A DNA stretch of 64,000 nucleotides from Naegleria gruberi. Its lineage: Eukaryota. The notes below the pieces were generated by a model that did no database searches, had not been told where the DNA came from, and worked only from the letters and a program-made list of their open reading frames with translations. Shown one piece after another: positions 1 through 11,327 of the stretch (position 1 is its first letter; every line of letters starts with the position of its first letter). The stretch is taken from NCBI GenBank assembly GCA_000004985.1, contig GG738866.1. One strand, given 5' to 3'. The position numbers and the translations under genes are program-made.

Positions 1-2285
1 TTACCACAAGAACATCCAATACCATCACCATAACTGATCGTTCTGGCAATGGTCTAACCGCAATACCTCTCCAAATCGGTCGCCCATTCATTCAAGGTGA
101 AATTCCATCAGTGCCAGGTGTCAAATTTAATGGAACAATTATTACCTCACAAACTGAAGTAACCAACAGATATCCTGATGGTTCTGTCAAGTTTGCCATA
201 ATCTCTACCATTCTACCAAATATCCCTGCAAATTCCTTTGGCTATTTAACATTTTTCTCCACAACTCCACATGTTGGTTCTTCATGTTCAATAAGTGGCA
301 TGTTAAATGATCAACCAGAGTTGGAAGTAAAGATTAAACTGGAAGGAAATTCAACTGAGAGTAACATTAGTCTCAGAGATATGATTTCAAAAGGTTTATA
401 CAAGTGGACAACTAATGGACCTGTAAGATGTGAATTAATTGTTGCAGATCATTCTATTGAGAGAAAGGCAGATGTTGGATTGGGAGGCCCAAAATCATTT
501 AGACCAATCTTTCATCTTTCACATTGGAGTAATGGAAAGGTTCGTGTGAGGAGTATCTTGGAAAATTCAGTCATGGATACATTGCAAGATGTACAATATC
601 ATGTCTCAATTTATACAGGTGTCAGCAATCCTCAATTATCACACAATCAAGCAAATGTCACTCATTGGTTTGGTGCTCGTTGGACACGTATTAATTGGTT
701 TGGAGCTGAGCCAGAAATCAAATATGATCTCAATTACAATGTTGAATATTTGGCCTTGACAAACTATGTTCCAAATTATTCACTCAATGACACTTACACG
801 CCATCTCAAATCTCTTCATATTATAATACATTTTTAACAAGACCAAGAGGTATCTTTGAACAAGGTTTTTGGACAAAAGGAATGCCAACAACAGGAATGA
901 GAGATGACATTGGTGTCATGCCAGAATGGACTGCATACTGGTTGTGTAATGGAGATTGGAGAATGAGACATATAAATTTGATTCAATCTGATTTGGCAGG
1001 TGCTTGGAGAGCTCAATTCAGAGAATGGGATACCTCACTCTATTGGGATAGAAACAAGACAGTTTCTGCTATTGGAAAACCAATTTCAATCTATGCTCAT
1101 CCAACTTGGTGGTTCCCTAATAATGCCGATGTTTATGCTGGAGCATTGAATGTTCCAAAGATTACCAATCCATGGATTTTTGATGCCTCTCATCAAGTAA
1201 GTTTTATTTTCAAAAGTATTCTAATAATTGTTTCTAATAGCCTGATCCATTTTCAGTTCCTTACATGTTGAGTGGAGACTACTACTATTTGGAAAGTTTA
1301 CAATTTTGGGCAGCCATTGGTTGTACTAGAATGAATGGTAAGTTATTTTGGATCAGTTTCTAATAATTGAATACTTTCAGATGGTATCTATGGACGTGGC
1401 ATGAGTGGATATGCTGGAATTAATGATCAATTGAGAGGAATTGCATGGACTGCAAGAACTAGAATGTACGCTGCCATTCTCTCACCAGATGAATCCATTG
1501 AAAGATCTTTCTTCTATGAAACAATTTATGATGCCATTGCATATTGGGAAGGAGTGAGAGGAATTGATGATCCTCGTTTCAATACTCGTCCAAATTATCA
1601 ATGGGCAAGAAAAAACAATGCCTGGACATGGTCTCCATTAAGATTCTTTTTAAGAGATACAAATGGTAGAATTGCTGCTTTCTGGCAAGAGAGTATGATG
1701 TTAATTGTTTTGGGAATGATGAGAGATTTGGATTTCCCAGTTGAGCCACTATTGAGCGAATATCACAAGGTGTTAACAACTCAATTATATGCTACTGGAC
1801 ATGATTATCGTTATATGGCTTATTATTGGGCTTTTGTAATGCAAAATTCCACATACAGTTATAAATGGTACGAAACATGGAAAGAATTCAAAGAGCAAAA
1901 TGATGCACAACAAATTCAAAGAAGTCAAGATGCTGTAAATGGATGGTTGACTGGAAATTTCTATGCCAAAATTGCCTCATGTGCAAGTTCATTCCTTGTC
2001 AAGTACACTGGTGGTCCTGAATTATATGCTACTGCCAAGAAGGAAATTTATGACAAGTTCCCCATGTCTTTTGAATATAGATCTTTCAAAATTTATCCAA
2101 GACAAGATATTACACCAATATTTAGAGATGTTAGTACTATACCAAGACCAGATTCTTCATTGAATGTACCAGGAGGAGGTGGCCAAACCTCCAATCCAAA
2201 GAAGGCCATCTCTAGAGCTTCCAATGTTGTAATGAGTGCAGTTACAATGCTCATTCTTGTTATCTTTTCTGTTTTATTAAACTGA
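1..2285 (+). CDS. 5'-truncated gene for a putative secreted or GPI-anchored protein of unknown function. Exons: 1..1196, 1241..1337, 1381..2285.
   Basis: The frame is open from the window edge (codons begin at position 3) to a GTAAGT donor at 1197. A 44-nt intron (1197..1240) and a 43-nt intron (1338..1380) restore one continuous frame through to the stop at 2283-2285. The alternative readings hit stops. The C-terminus is hydrophobic (SAVTMLILVIFSVLLN) after a Gly/Ser-rich stretch, which suggests a GPI signal. No confident family assignment. Confidence 0.5.
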
Positions 2286-2435
2286 GAATAAAGTCAAGAA
2301 AATAAATATATAACTGTGTCAACTGCACTGACAGATTCAGATTCATTACACTGATTATCAAATAATTATTAGAAGAGTTTTGAAAGAATTTAATATTTAC
2401 AATTTGATAAAATGTCTTTCTTAGATTATAATAAA

Positions 2436-3200
2436 TTAAATGAGAACCATGGAGGAGTGAGGATGATCGTCATCATCCAAATGTGCCAAATTGAAGTAAC
2501 CTTTGAACTTGGGTGCTTCCTTGTTGAGTAGAATCTTTGATCTTGGTCCTCTGAATGAACCTATCAAAGACGTCGTTGGATTTGAATCCACATGACTTTC
2601 CATCAGGTCTCCAGTGTAATTTTGCTTGAAAACAACCTTTTGTTTCTTCTCTTCATCCTTGTAGAATGAGGCATCCGTATCATTGGACGATGATCCACTT
2701 CCACTGTCACCTTCCGAGTAAATTCCTAGATCGACATTTTCTCCCTTTTCTATTCTTCGTGTTTCCTCACTCATCTTTCTGTCCTTTCTTCTCTTCCTTT
2801 GTTTTTCCTTAGCTTCCTTTAATCTTTCCTCAAGTGCAGCCACTGCATTAAATTCCTTATTAATTCTCTTTCCAGCCTTGATGGTTCTATCAAGCTTTCC
2901 CATCTGACCCTTAACTCTATTAAGGGCCTCCTTCTTCATTTGTTTTAATTGGAGTAATCGTTGTTCACCTTCACCAAAACCTTCCTCTCCATACTTTTTA
3001 GCCATCATTCGATGCAATCGTAAATCATCTCTTATTTGCATAATTTCAGCATGGAGGAGTGCAATGTGATCTTCCATATTGACCATCACATCATCAACTC
3101 GTTTCGTTCTTCCATCCATAGCATTGGTCTTCTTCATGAACGAAGAGGATGGTGAGAAGGGAGGAACATACCCCGATGAAGTTGAACTGGCTGAGCTCAT
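2436..3200 (-). CDS. Basic/acidic coiled-coil protein of unknown function.
   Basis: The ORF runs 2436..3203 on the minus strand. Position 3203 is a GTG alt-start artefact; the first ATG is at 3200-3198 (MSSASSTSS...). It is K/E/R-rich with heptad character (LLQLKQMKKEALNRVKGQ..., EERLKEAKEKQRKRRK). Confidence 0.5.
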   Translation of the reverse strand: MSSASSTSSGYVPPFSPSSSFMKKTNAMDGRTKRVDDVMVNMEDHIALLHAEIMQIRDDLRLHRMMAKKYGEEGFGEGEQRLLQLKQMKKEALNRVKGQMGKLDRTIKAGKRINKEFNAVAALEERLKEAKEKQRKRRKDRKMSEETRRIEKGENVDLGIYSEGDSGSGSSSNDTDASFYKDEEKKQKVVFKQNYTGDLMESHVDSNPTTSLIGSFRGPRSKILLNKEAPKFKGYFNLAHLDDDDHPHSSMVLI

Positions 3201-3292
3201 CACAATAAATTAATTTTTTTTAAAATTCTGTACTTTGAACGATAAAAGTTGGCGGGTTTTTAACTATTGTTTCAAGAACAAAAGGTAAAGAT

Positions 3293-3535
3293 GTGCGAAT
3301 CAGTTATTATAAGACGCCCGTGGATGTTCGTCTCACTGCCATTTTGTGCTCAGCTACTGACCACATAGAGCCATATGGTATCCGAAGAGAAAGCAAGACT
3401 ACGAAGTGGATGAGCCTCACCCAATTTAGATACAGAGTTAACGGTGAGATCGATGGTATTGATAGACTCTCTTCTTATGTGAGTGGTGCATTTTTTGAGA
3501 GGATTGTGGTTCTTTGGTATTTTAATTTTATTTAA
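3293..3535 (+). CDS. Hypothetical small ORF (80 aa) in a GC-richer intergenic island. It could instead be an ncRNA locus.
   Basis: It has a real ATG. Local GC is clearly higher than the flanking intergenic DNA. Codon third positions are C/G-rich, like the neighbouring genes. See the findings list. Confidence 0.15.
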   Translation: MRISYYKTPVDVRLTAILCSATDHIEPYGIRRESKTTKWMSLTQFRYRVNGEIDGIDRLSSYVSGAFFERIVVLWYFNFI

Positions 3536-3595
3536 AATACATTTAATATTTGAATTGAAAAAGTTTGAATTGTGAAAATGAACTAATTCATCACT

Positions 3596-4957
3596 TTAAA
3601 AGAAGGAAATGGATGGGATATCATAGCAAACTCTAGAGGCAATTGAGCATTGGGAAGAAACAGTAGCAGAACCTGTTATAGCCAACAGTGAATCTACAAA
3701 GAATTGTTTGGCATGAGCAATATTATCAAATAATCTCGAATAGGTCTGTCCAGTATTACCCACTTGTCCAAATCTTGCATAGACTGTGAAAATGTTATCA
3801 TTTAGAGCATTGTTTTGAAGTTGAAGCATGAGGAATTTGTTATCATTTCCACAATTAATAAGAGCATTGAATGTACAAGATGAACGATCTTCATAGGTTT
3901 CTCTATAAATTCTTCCACCAATCCTCATAATAGTACAATATGGATCAGTCACTAGACTATATCGTGAATTATTAGTAACAATTAATGATGATGAAGAGGA
4001 AGTATTTTGAAGAAGGGAGAGTTTTTGCAATTTGCCCAAAAGAACACTACTTTCATCTAATACCAACTCTTCCCTATTGCCTGTGGACAATAAATCAAGC
4101 CAAGGACATTGATGAGTAGAGTGGTCATCATAGCAAACTGTTGTATTGTTATATGGAACGGAAGATTCTATAACATTACTCAAAAGGAAGGCAGAATTGC
4201 TGACAAAATTGATGGGAATGTTTTGATAGATTGGATTGGTCTTAGTTCTCTTAGTGTGTTGTTTGATTTGTTGTTCGTACAGTGTTGGTGAAGGATGATC
4301 CTTACGCTTTCTTCTCTGAAAATTGTTGACTTTGGAGCAATAATTGAGAGAAAAGTCTTTGAGTGGAATGGTCAAAGATGAAGATGAACAACTCTGAGTA
4401 AAGATTGGTTGATGGATAAGTGGTTGTTGTTGATGTTGAGGAAGTGTTAGGAGAGGTGTATCAAAGATGTGGTCTAATTCTTCGAGGAGAGCATTTGGTG
4501 ATGAAGGATCCATAACATGTTGATTTTCTGCACTTGTTGTTGCAACAGAATTACTAATGGTACTGGTTGTTGTTGTTGATGGTGTTGTATCAATTTGCTC
4601 TATCAACTTGCTATCTTCACTTTCAGTGGTACTTGTTGTTGGATGTACTTGCTCTAATTCTCGTACCAATTCTTCAACTTTATCCGCATCATCAGTTGTA
4701 TCAACTTCTTTTGTTTGGTTATTCTTACTCACTGCACCATCAACATCTTCAGTATTGTTGCCATTTGTTGTTGTCGTTGAAGTAGTAGGTTCATCAATTA
4801 CTGTTGTTGTTATTGGTGGTGGAGCAATACTATCTTGTTGAATCAAGTCCAAACCCTCAACCTCCAGAAATTCCTCTTCTTCTTCTTCCTCTACAGGAGA
4901 TGAGGGTATGATCAGAGAGGACTCATCGGCAATCTTAGTGTCGACGTGTTCTGGCAT
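3596..4957 (-). CDS. Acidic Ser/Thr-rich protein with a WGR-like C-terminal domain.
   Basis: ATG at 4957-4955. The N-terminus has Glu- and Thr-runs. The C-terminal segment NKFLMLQLQNNALNDNIFTVYARFGQVGNTGQTYSRLFDNIAHAKQFF resembles the WGR-domain pattern KFY.iQl....y.v..rWGRiGt.Gq....f...eeA...F..., with ARFGQVG in place of WGRIG. Confidence 0.5.
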   Translation of the reverse strand: MPEHVDTKIADESSLIIPSSPVEEEEEEEFLEVEGLDLIQQDSIAPPPITTTVIDEPTTSTTTTNGNNTEDVDGAVSKNNQTKEVDTTDDADKVEELVRELEQVHPTTSTTESEDSKLIEQIDTTPSTTTTSTISNSVATTSAENQHVMDPSSPNALLEELDHIFDTPLLTLPQHQQQPLIHQPIFTQSCSSSSLTIPLKDFSLNYCSKVNNFQRRKRKDHPSPTLYEQQIKQHTKRTKTNPIYQNIPINFVSNSAFLLSNVIESSVPYNNTTVCYDDHSTHQCPWLDLLSTGNREELVLDESSVLLGKLQKLSLLQNTSSSSSLIVTNNSRYSLVTDPYCTIMRIGGRIYRETYEDRSSCTFNALINCGNDNKFLMLQLQNNALNDNIFTVYARFGQVGNTGQTYSRLFDNIAHAKQFFVDSLLAITGSATVSSQCSIASRVCYDIPSISFF

Positions 4958-5321
4958 TTATTTATGATAAAAAGATTTGGAATACGTTGAACCTCTCTTA
5001 TAAAACTACTAGTATGGCTTTTTTAAAATTATTAAATATAATTATTAATAATCAATCTCGAGAAACGTGTCTGATACGACGTCGTTTTGATCGAATAGAA
5101 ACTGATATTGTTCTATTTCACCATGTTCAGAGTAGCAATATGATAACGGTAATTTGTTTCTCGAGGCAAGTTTATGAATGACAAATAATCATATTACCTG
5201 ATTCACTAATTTTCCTTGTACATTGGATGATTAAAATCAAGATTCCATCCATTATAATCACTCATTAATTGCAATAACAACATTACGTGGTGTGTTTGTA
5301 GACAATAGACAACTCAAAAAA

Positions 5322-7949
5322 ATGTTTCGTCTACCTCTACAGGAAACATTTAAAACATCATCACTAACACATCAGAGATCATCTTTAGCACTGTTCCGGT
5401 GTTCATCTCTTTCTCAACATTATCAATACTCTAGAATTTTCATTTTCATATCACTTTTATTATTGTCATGTTTGTTATCTTCCATAAATTCTCAAGAGTT
5501 TACATTGAATCCTCTCGAGGGAAGAATATCTACCATGCAGTTCATAAACAGACGTACAGTTTATGTTCATACAGATAAATATGTTTATTTGAGTGCTGAC
5601 AAGGGTGTTCACTTTCAAAATTTTAATCAAAAGGCTAGAAATTGTCAAGAAGCAAAATGTATTCAAACCATTGCTAGACATCCTTTTGATGATAACGTAT
5701 TTATTTTAATTTCTAATTTGAAAAAGTTGTTTTACATTTGCACAGATCTCAATTCTGCCAATGAATTTGACATTGATAGAATTAATTGTGTAGAAAGACC
5801 ATTTCCAAATGATAATTCTGATGCTAAACAAGCTCCGATTGTGACCAAAGTAGTTTTCCATCCAAAAATTCATAACACTTTACTAGTTTTAATGAGTAAC
5901 AATAGATTGTATCTCAGTGAAACTTTGGCTAGTAATTTCTACTTTTTAAAGTCAGGTGTTAAACAAATTTCATTTGCAAATTCTGAATCAAAACTCTATT
6001 CCGATACTCTCTTGTTAGGTATCAAGGAAAGTGATGGAATTAGCTATTTTTTCAATATGGACAGTCGTTCTAGAAATGATGAGGATGATAATGAGATTAT
6101 TCGCCATGCTAGAGAATTCATGATGTATGGACCATTCCTTTTCGTTGCGACCATTGAGGAAGCAACAGAAAAATACCAAAAAGAAAAATACATGGCCAAA
6201 CTCTTTGTTGGTACTGATAATGGACGTTCTTTCAATAGAGTTTCAATCTCTCAATCCACTCAAAACCATATCATTGAAAAATCATTCATTATTTTGGATG
6301 GAAGCGAAGGTGCTGTATTGATTAATGTTCAACAAGAACAATCATCAGCTACTTCCTCATCTTCAACTTCTTCCAAGTATGGTAAAGTTTTCATTTCAGG
6401 TAAGTTGATAATTTGAATATATAATACTTATATTCTTTTAGATGCTCGTGGTGTCAGATATAAACAAACATTATGGGATAACAGAAGAGATGGCAATCAT
6501 GCTGATTTTACCAAAGTCAAATCATTGGAAGGTGTTTATCTTGCCAATCAAGTTCAAACCTATGATATGAATACTATGGAGTTGTACGAATGTAACAATT
6601 GTAATGGCTATGAAGATTGTACAAGGAAATGTAAAACTAAAACTCTCATTACCTTCGACAAGTCGGTTTGGAGATACATTACACCACCAAAGTATGGAGC
6701 CAATAAGGAGTTAATCAATTGTCCAAGTGGTAATTGCAAGTTGCACCTTCATGGATTTTCTGCTGGTACTAATCCAAACTATCCAAGACTTCATTCACAC
6801 AAGGATGCAGTTGGTATCATTTTCGCAAATGGTAATGTTGGAGAATATTTATGGGAAGGAGGAACTATCAATACTTACATGAGTAGAGACGGAGGATTGA
6901 GTTGGACTGAAGTGGCTAAAGGTTCTCATGTCTATGAAATTCTTGATCATGGTGGAATTATGATGATTGCTGAGAATAATAGACCAACTGATACACTCAG
7001 GTACAGTTTGGATGAGGCCAATACTTGGGTAACAACCAATTTCACAGAACATCTCAGAACCTATAGAATTAATAAGATGTATGCCAATGAAAAGTTTGAT
7101 CAATTGGCCAGATATGCTCTAATTCATGGTTCTGCTGATACATCAGGAGATATTGTCATTCGTGTTGATTTTTCCAAGGTTCACCAAAGGGAATGCACTG
7201 GTATCAACAATCCATACGACCAAAACAGTGACTATGAATATTTCAAACCACACAACTATAACTCCAAGTGCTTACTGGGTAGAGTTGTTGAGTATACCAG
7301 GAGAAAGAGAACTTCCATGTGTTTCAATCCAAGTCTCACTGAAGGAAAACCTGTCAAGATCACAAATTGTGAGTGTACATATGCTGACTATGAATGTGAC
7401 TATGGATATGAGAAGAAGAGAATTGATGATGTCAAATTTAGTTGTGTAGCAATCAATGCCAAATTGGAAGAGGAATCAAAGGCTCCATCTCTTTCCTCAT
7501 GCCAAACAGAAAATTACTATAATGAATCTAGAGGATATGCCAGAATTCCTGGAAATACTTGTAATGGAGGTTTGAGCAGTCAATTAGATCCTATTAAGAG
7601 AGATTGTCCAAAATCAATGAGTAATTGGGCTGTATTCATTATTGTTCTCTTCTTTGTTATGGTATTGACTTTTGGTGCATTGCTTTTCTACAAACAAAGT
7701 GGATTTTTACAACAATTATTCAATCCTAACAAGATGAGATATAGATACAATCAGCTCATCAATGATATGAATACCCCTGATACTGCATTCGGTCGAGACA
7801 TTGAGAGAAATCAACCATCATCCTTCCAAGACAACAGAATTCAATCCGATGACGAAGATGATGAAGATTTTGGCCTTGATGTTATTGAGGAAGAGGAAGA
7901 AGCACCAGAAGAAATGCATCCAGGTTCTTTTGGATCATCTAAACATTAA
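5322..7949 (+). CDS. Vps10-domain (sortilin-like) sorting receptor. Exons: 5322..6399, 6442..7949.
   Basis: The GGTAAGT donor at 6400 and the TTTTAG acceptor at 6441 give a 42-nt intron in phase 1 and join ORFs 5292..6416 and 6525..7949 with no stop. There are BNR/Asp-box-like propeller blades (YMSRDGGLSWTEV, FVGTDNGRSFNRVS) and a 10CC module (CECTYADYECDYGYEK). It ends with a single TM (WAVFIIVLFFVMVLTFGALLFY) and an acidic tail. Position 5292 is GTG, so the first in-frame ATG at 5322 is used. The hydrophobic signal-like stretch starts about 38 aa downstream, so the true 5' end or an upstream exon is unresolved. Confidence 0.7.
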
Positions 7950-8145
7950 GCAGATCTGATAATAATAGATAGAAAAGTTCCGACATCCAATTCTTTATGT
8001 TCTACATGAGTGAACAAATTATTATTGAGCATGTTCGTTCAAGGAGAAAATGCACTGAACGAACATTACACACAATTAAATTCTCTATTTTTGTTACTCA
8101 GGGTTGGCGCCAATTTTACACACAAACACGCAAAAAAATAAGAAA

Positions 8146-11100
8146 ATGTCTTCCATATTTCACGTTCCAATCCTTATCCTTATTGTGCTTATTGCTTCAC
8201 AGTGGTGGTATTTAAATCAAGAAAGAACATTGAATCAATCATCATCACCAAATATCGATCTCGGCTTACTCTCAAAGGATTGTTCCTCTCAACTTGTTAA
8301 GAATTTCTACTTTGAGAAGGCTTTGAGCCAATATAAGGAAAAATGTCTTGTTGAAAAGAAGTGTGGTTCAGAATCATTAGAAGGTAGTGCTGAGAATGTA
8401 ATTAAGCAGATAGACGAATTAGTTTCCAATCAAAAAAAGCAAGCCTTGGAAAGAAGATGCAACAACCTTATTATTCATTCCGAAAATGTTCAAATTCTTC
8501 CAAAGCAAACAATTGTTGATCCAAAACTTGATGCAATTTGTGGTAATTCAACAGAATGCATTCAAACTGTTCATGAAATGATCATTTATCATCAGGCCTT
8601 TGCTTTTGCAGTTCAAAAGCTAAAGTTGGATCAAGAAAGTGTTAAGAGATTTTTACAATTACAAATCACCAATCTTGGAGAGAAGGCAAATTCAATTTTG
8701 GAATTTATCAGAAATCCTCAAGGTATTGAGGGTCCATCTGGTTTTTCCATTTCCTTGAAGCCAACACATTCCAGCCATCACTCATTCATCCAATCAGTTT
8801 TTTATGGTTTGATGGCATTGGCTTTGGGATGGTTGTATTTAATGTTCTGTACATTTGTTCAAGTAGAAGATGATTACTCGAAGAAAATGGCAGAGGCAAC
8901 TAGAGAGACAGATGAATTGAAAAAGAAATTGAAAGAGGCAACAGTAAAGGTTCTCGAAAAAGTTAAAGAACTCAATACTGAAAAGGAAAAATTAGAGCAA
9001 GATCTTTCAGATGAAAAGCAAACTTCAACAACATTGACAAGCGAGAAAAATCTACTAGAAAATGACCTTTCAACAATGACGACCAAGAAGAATCAATTAG
9101 AAAACGATTTAGCAAACGAAAAAAAATCTACAACATCATTGAGAACTCAAAAGAAAGAAATCGAGGACAAGCTTGAAAAATCCAAGAAGGAATACCAAGA
9201 CACTCTCAATAAGAAAGACAATGAACTAAAGAATACCAATGAAAAATTGAAAGTTGTGGAGAATGAGAATAAGCAATTCAAGAAGGATTTGGATACTAAG
9301 AGCAAGGATATTACCAACTTGGACAATTCGCTGAAGAAATCTAAGGAGCAAATTGCAGAACTTGAAAAATTGCATGCCCAACTAAAAAATGAAAAAGAAC
9401 AAACATTAAGAGATCTTTCGAATTGTAAACTCAGACTTGAAAAGGAGAATGAATTATGTTCTGCTCAACTCAAAAAGCTTGAACAAGAAATCAATAACCA
9501 AATCAATGATATGAAGCAAGTCGTCCAATCAAAGGTAGTATTAGAAAAACAACTCAAGAAAGTTGAGGAAATGCACAGTGAATTGAAGAGTGAGAAGGAC
9601 TTGCAGACCGAAGAATTTTCAAAAGAAAAGGAAAGATTGCTGGGAGAAATGAAGAATTTAGAAAATGAAGTAAAGAAACAAGCAAAGATTTGTGAAATAG
9701 AAAAGATCAACACTGAACTCTCTGAACAAATTCAACAATTATCATCTGAAAGAGATGCTATTCAAAACGCACTTAATGATGAAACTCAAAGATTAAACGG
9801 CCAAACAGAAAAGATCAGAAATGTATTGGTAGAGATCTCAACATTGAAGAATACAAATGAAGAACTTGAAGAAAAAATCAAATCTTTGGAGGAGGAAAGA
9901 TCAAACAAGGACCAAAGTATTGAATTTTTGCAAGAAGAAAGCAAGGTTCTATCTGAAACTGTTACAACACTTGAAACCAAATTGCAAGATATACATACAG
10001 AAGTTGAAGATATAAAGAAGCAATTGGAAGAAGTTGCATCTCTAAAGAAGCAATTGGGAGACAAGAAAATTGAATTGCAACAAATTAATGATGGCTTGAA
10101 TAATTTAGCTGTCCAACACCAAAAGGAATTGGAAAAAGAAAAACAAAAGATTGAAGAGTACGAAAGAACTATTACTGAACTCAAAAATTTACTTTCCGAA
10201 ATGAATAATGAGTTGATGGAAGACAAGTCAATAGAATTAGAGGCAGAACTGAAAGTTGTAAAGGAGTCTAACAGCAAGCTTTTGAAATGCATGGAAGAAA
10301 GAGATGAACAGATAACTAGCCTAGAGGAAGAAATTAAGGGTTTGAAGTCTCAAACCGAAACTCTTTCTGAAGAGGCAAAGAACTTGAAAGAATCATTGAA
10401 AGAAAAGGATAATGAAGTTGTGATATTGACAGAATTAGTGAAATCTGAAGATCAACTTTTGCAAGTTGACCAGGCTGAAATTAACAATTTGAGTAGTATT
10501 GTTAATCAAGCAGATGAAGGAATTACTTATCTTAAAAACGATTTGAATACTATTAGAACTGTTCTTGCTAGCACTGAAGAAAAGCTTAATAAGTCTGTAA
10601 AGGAGAAGGAAAGAATCTATGATGAATATGAAACTGTTCAAAGGGATGTAAAGAGATTAACAGAAGAAAAGCTTGAAATGGAGAAGGAAATCCAAATGTT
10701 AAAGCAAAGAAGCCCTCGTACATTCAAATCTTCACCATCAAGGGAGAAGGAAGAAAATAGGCGATTGAAGGAGAAGATTGAATTATTGGAAAAGAAACTC
10801 AAGTTATCTTTGAAAAAGATTCCATCTGATCAAAATCTCATCAACAACCTACCAATCATCAATACAACAGCTACCACGCCTTCCAGTTCTTCAACAAGTA
10901 CTTCACCAAGCACTGAACAGGATAAGGATGAATTAATCAAACGATTGAAGGAAAAGCTTGAAATTAAGGAAAACAAATTGAAGGCTGCCATTGTGAGTAA
11001 GCTTGAAGTTGTTGAAAGACTCAAAAACTATGAAGCAGATGCTCACTTCAGCACAGCTTCTGTTGGACCTGGAGCTAATCAACCACATCAGCAACCACAA

Positions 11101-11154
11101 CAACCAGTACAACAGAAAGTGGCAACTCCAAGAAATAACAAGAAGAATTTGTAA
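8146..11154 (+). CDS. Hairpin-anchored giant coiled-coil protein. Plus-strand paralog of the 22190..31034 gene.
   Basis: Position 8104 is a TTG alt start; the real ATG at 8146 gives MSSIFHVPILILIVLIASQWWYL, an N-terminal signal anchor. A Cys-containing approximately 200-aa loop follows (DCSSQLVKNFYFEKALSQYKEKC...). Then a second TM (FIQSVFYGLMALALGWLYLMFCTFV). Then about 750 aa of heptad coiled coil containing the KQAKICEIEKINTELSEQIQQLSSERDAIQ unit. A Q/P-rich tail follows. Confidence 0.7.
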   Translation: MSSIFHVPILILIVLIASQWWYLNQERTLNQSSSPNIDLGLLSKDCSSQLVKNFYFEKALSQYKEKCLVEKKCGSESLEGSAENVIKQIDELVSNQKKQALERRCNNLIIHSENVQILPKQTIVDPKLDAICGNSTECIQTVHEMIIYHQAFAFAVQKLKLDQESVKRFLQLQITNLGEKANSILEFIRNPQGIEGPSGFSISLKPTHSSHHSFIQSVFYGLMALALGWLYLMFCTFVQVEDDYSKKMAEATRETDELKKKLKEATVKVLEKVKELNTEKEKLEQDLSDEKQTSTTLTSEKNLLENDLSTMTTKKNQLENDLANEKKSTTSLRTQKKEIEDKLEKSKKEYQDTLNKKDNELKNTNEKLKVVENENKQFKKDLDTKSKDITNLDNSLKKSKEQIAELEKLHAQLKNEKEQTLRDLSNCKLRLEKENELCSAQLKKLEQEINNQINDMKQVVQSKVVLEKQLKKVEEMHSELKSEKDLQTEEFSKEKERLLGEMKNLENEVKKQAKICEIEKINTELSEQIQQLSSERDAIQNALNDETQRLNGQTEKIRNVLVEISTLKNTNEELEEKIKSLEEERSNKDQSIEFLQEESKVLSETVTTLETKLQDIHTEVEDIKKQLEEVASLKKQLGDKKIELQQINDGLNNLAVQHQKELEKEKQKIEEYERTITELKNLLSEMNNELMEDKSIELEAELKVVKESNSKLLKCMEERDEQITSLEEEIKGLKSQTETLSEEAKNLKESLKEKDNEVVILTELVKSEDQLLQVDQAEINNLSSIVNQADEGITYLKNDLNTIRTVLASTEEKLNKSVKEKERIYDEYETVQRDVKRLTEEKLEMEKEIQMLKQRSPRTFKSSPSREKEENRRLKEKIELLEKKLKLSLKKIPSDQNLINNLPIINTTATTPSSSSTSTSPSTEQDKDELIKRLKEKLEIKENKLKAAIVSKLEVVERLKNYEADAHFSTASVGPGANQPHQQPQQPVQQKVATPRNNKKNL

Positions 11155-11327
11155 ATAATGTACCAATAAAAGAAATTGTTTAATATACTGTAAATCGTAT
11201 TGTTAATATAATAATAACTAAATTTTATTTTTTTGTAAATACACAAAAATATTATGGCGCCATTTTTTAGACTTCCAGCAAAAATTGGATTGTCAAAAGT
11301 GAAGCCTAAAAATCAAACAAAAAAAAA

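Noticed and set aside
3290-3540. Possible U6 or U5 snRNA. GATACAGAG resembles the U6 ACAGAGA box, and CATTTTTTGAGAGG resembles a U5-like Sm site.
   Set aside because: The rest of the U6 sequence (AGATTAGCATGG...) is not present, and neither is the U5 loop-1 (CUUUUACUAAAG). The resemblance is too partial. Kept only as a generic ncRNA or small-gene candidate.
9465-10292. Minus-strand ORFs (9465..9713, 9786..10292, 8874..9086, 10435..10641 and others) inside the plus-strand coiled-coil gene. There are many analogous plus-strand ORFs inside 22190..31034 (e.g. 24903..25253, 26085..26360, 27157..27660).
   Set aside because: They are antisense translations of K/E/Q-rich coiled-coil coding DNA. This gives S/F/L-rich low-complexity peptides, which repeat because the sense-strand repeats do. 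They are not independent genes.
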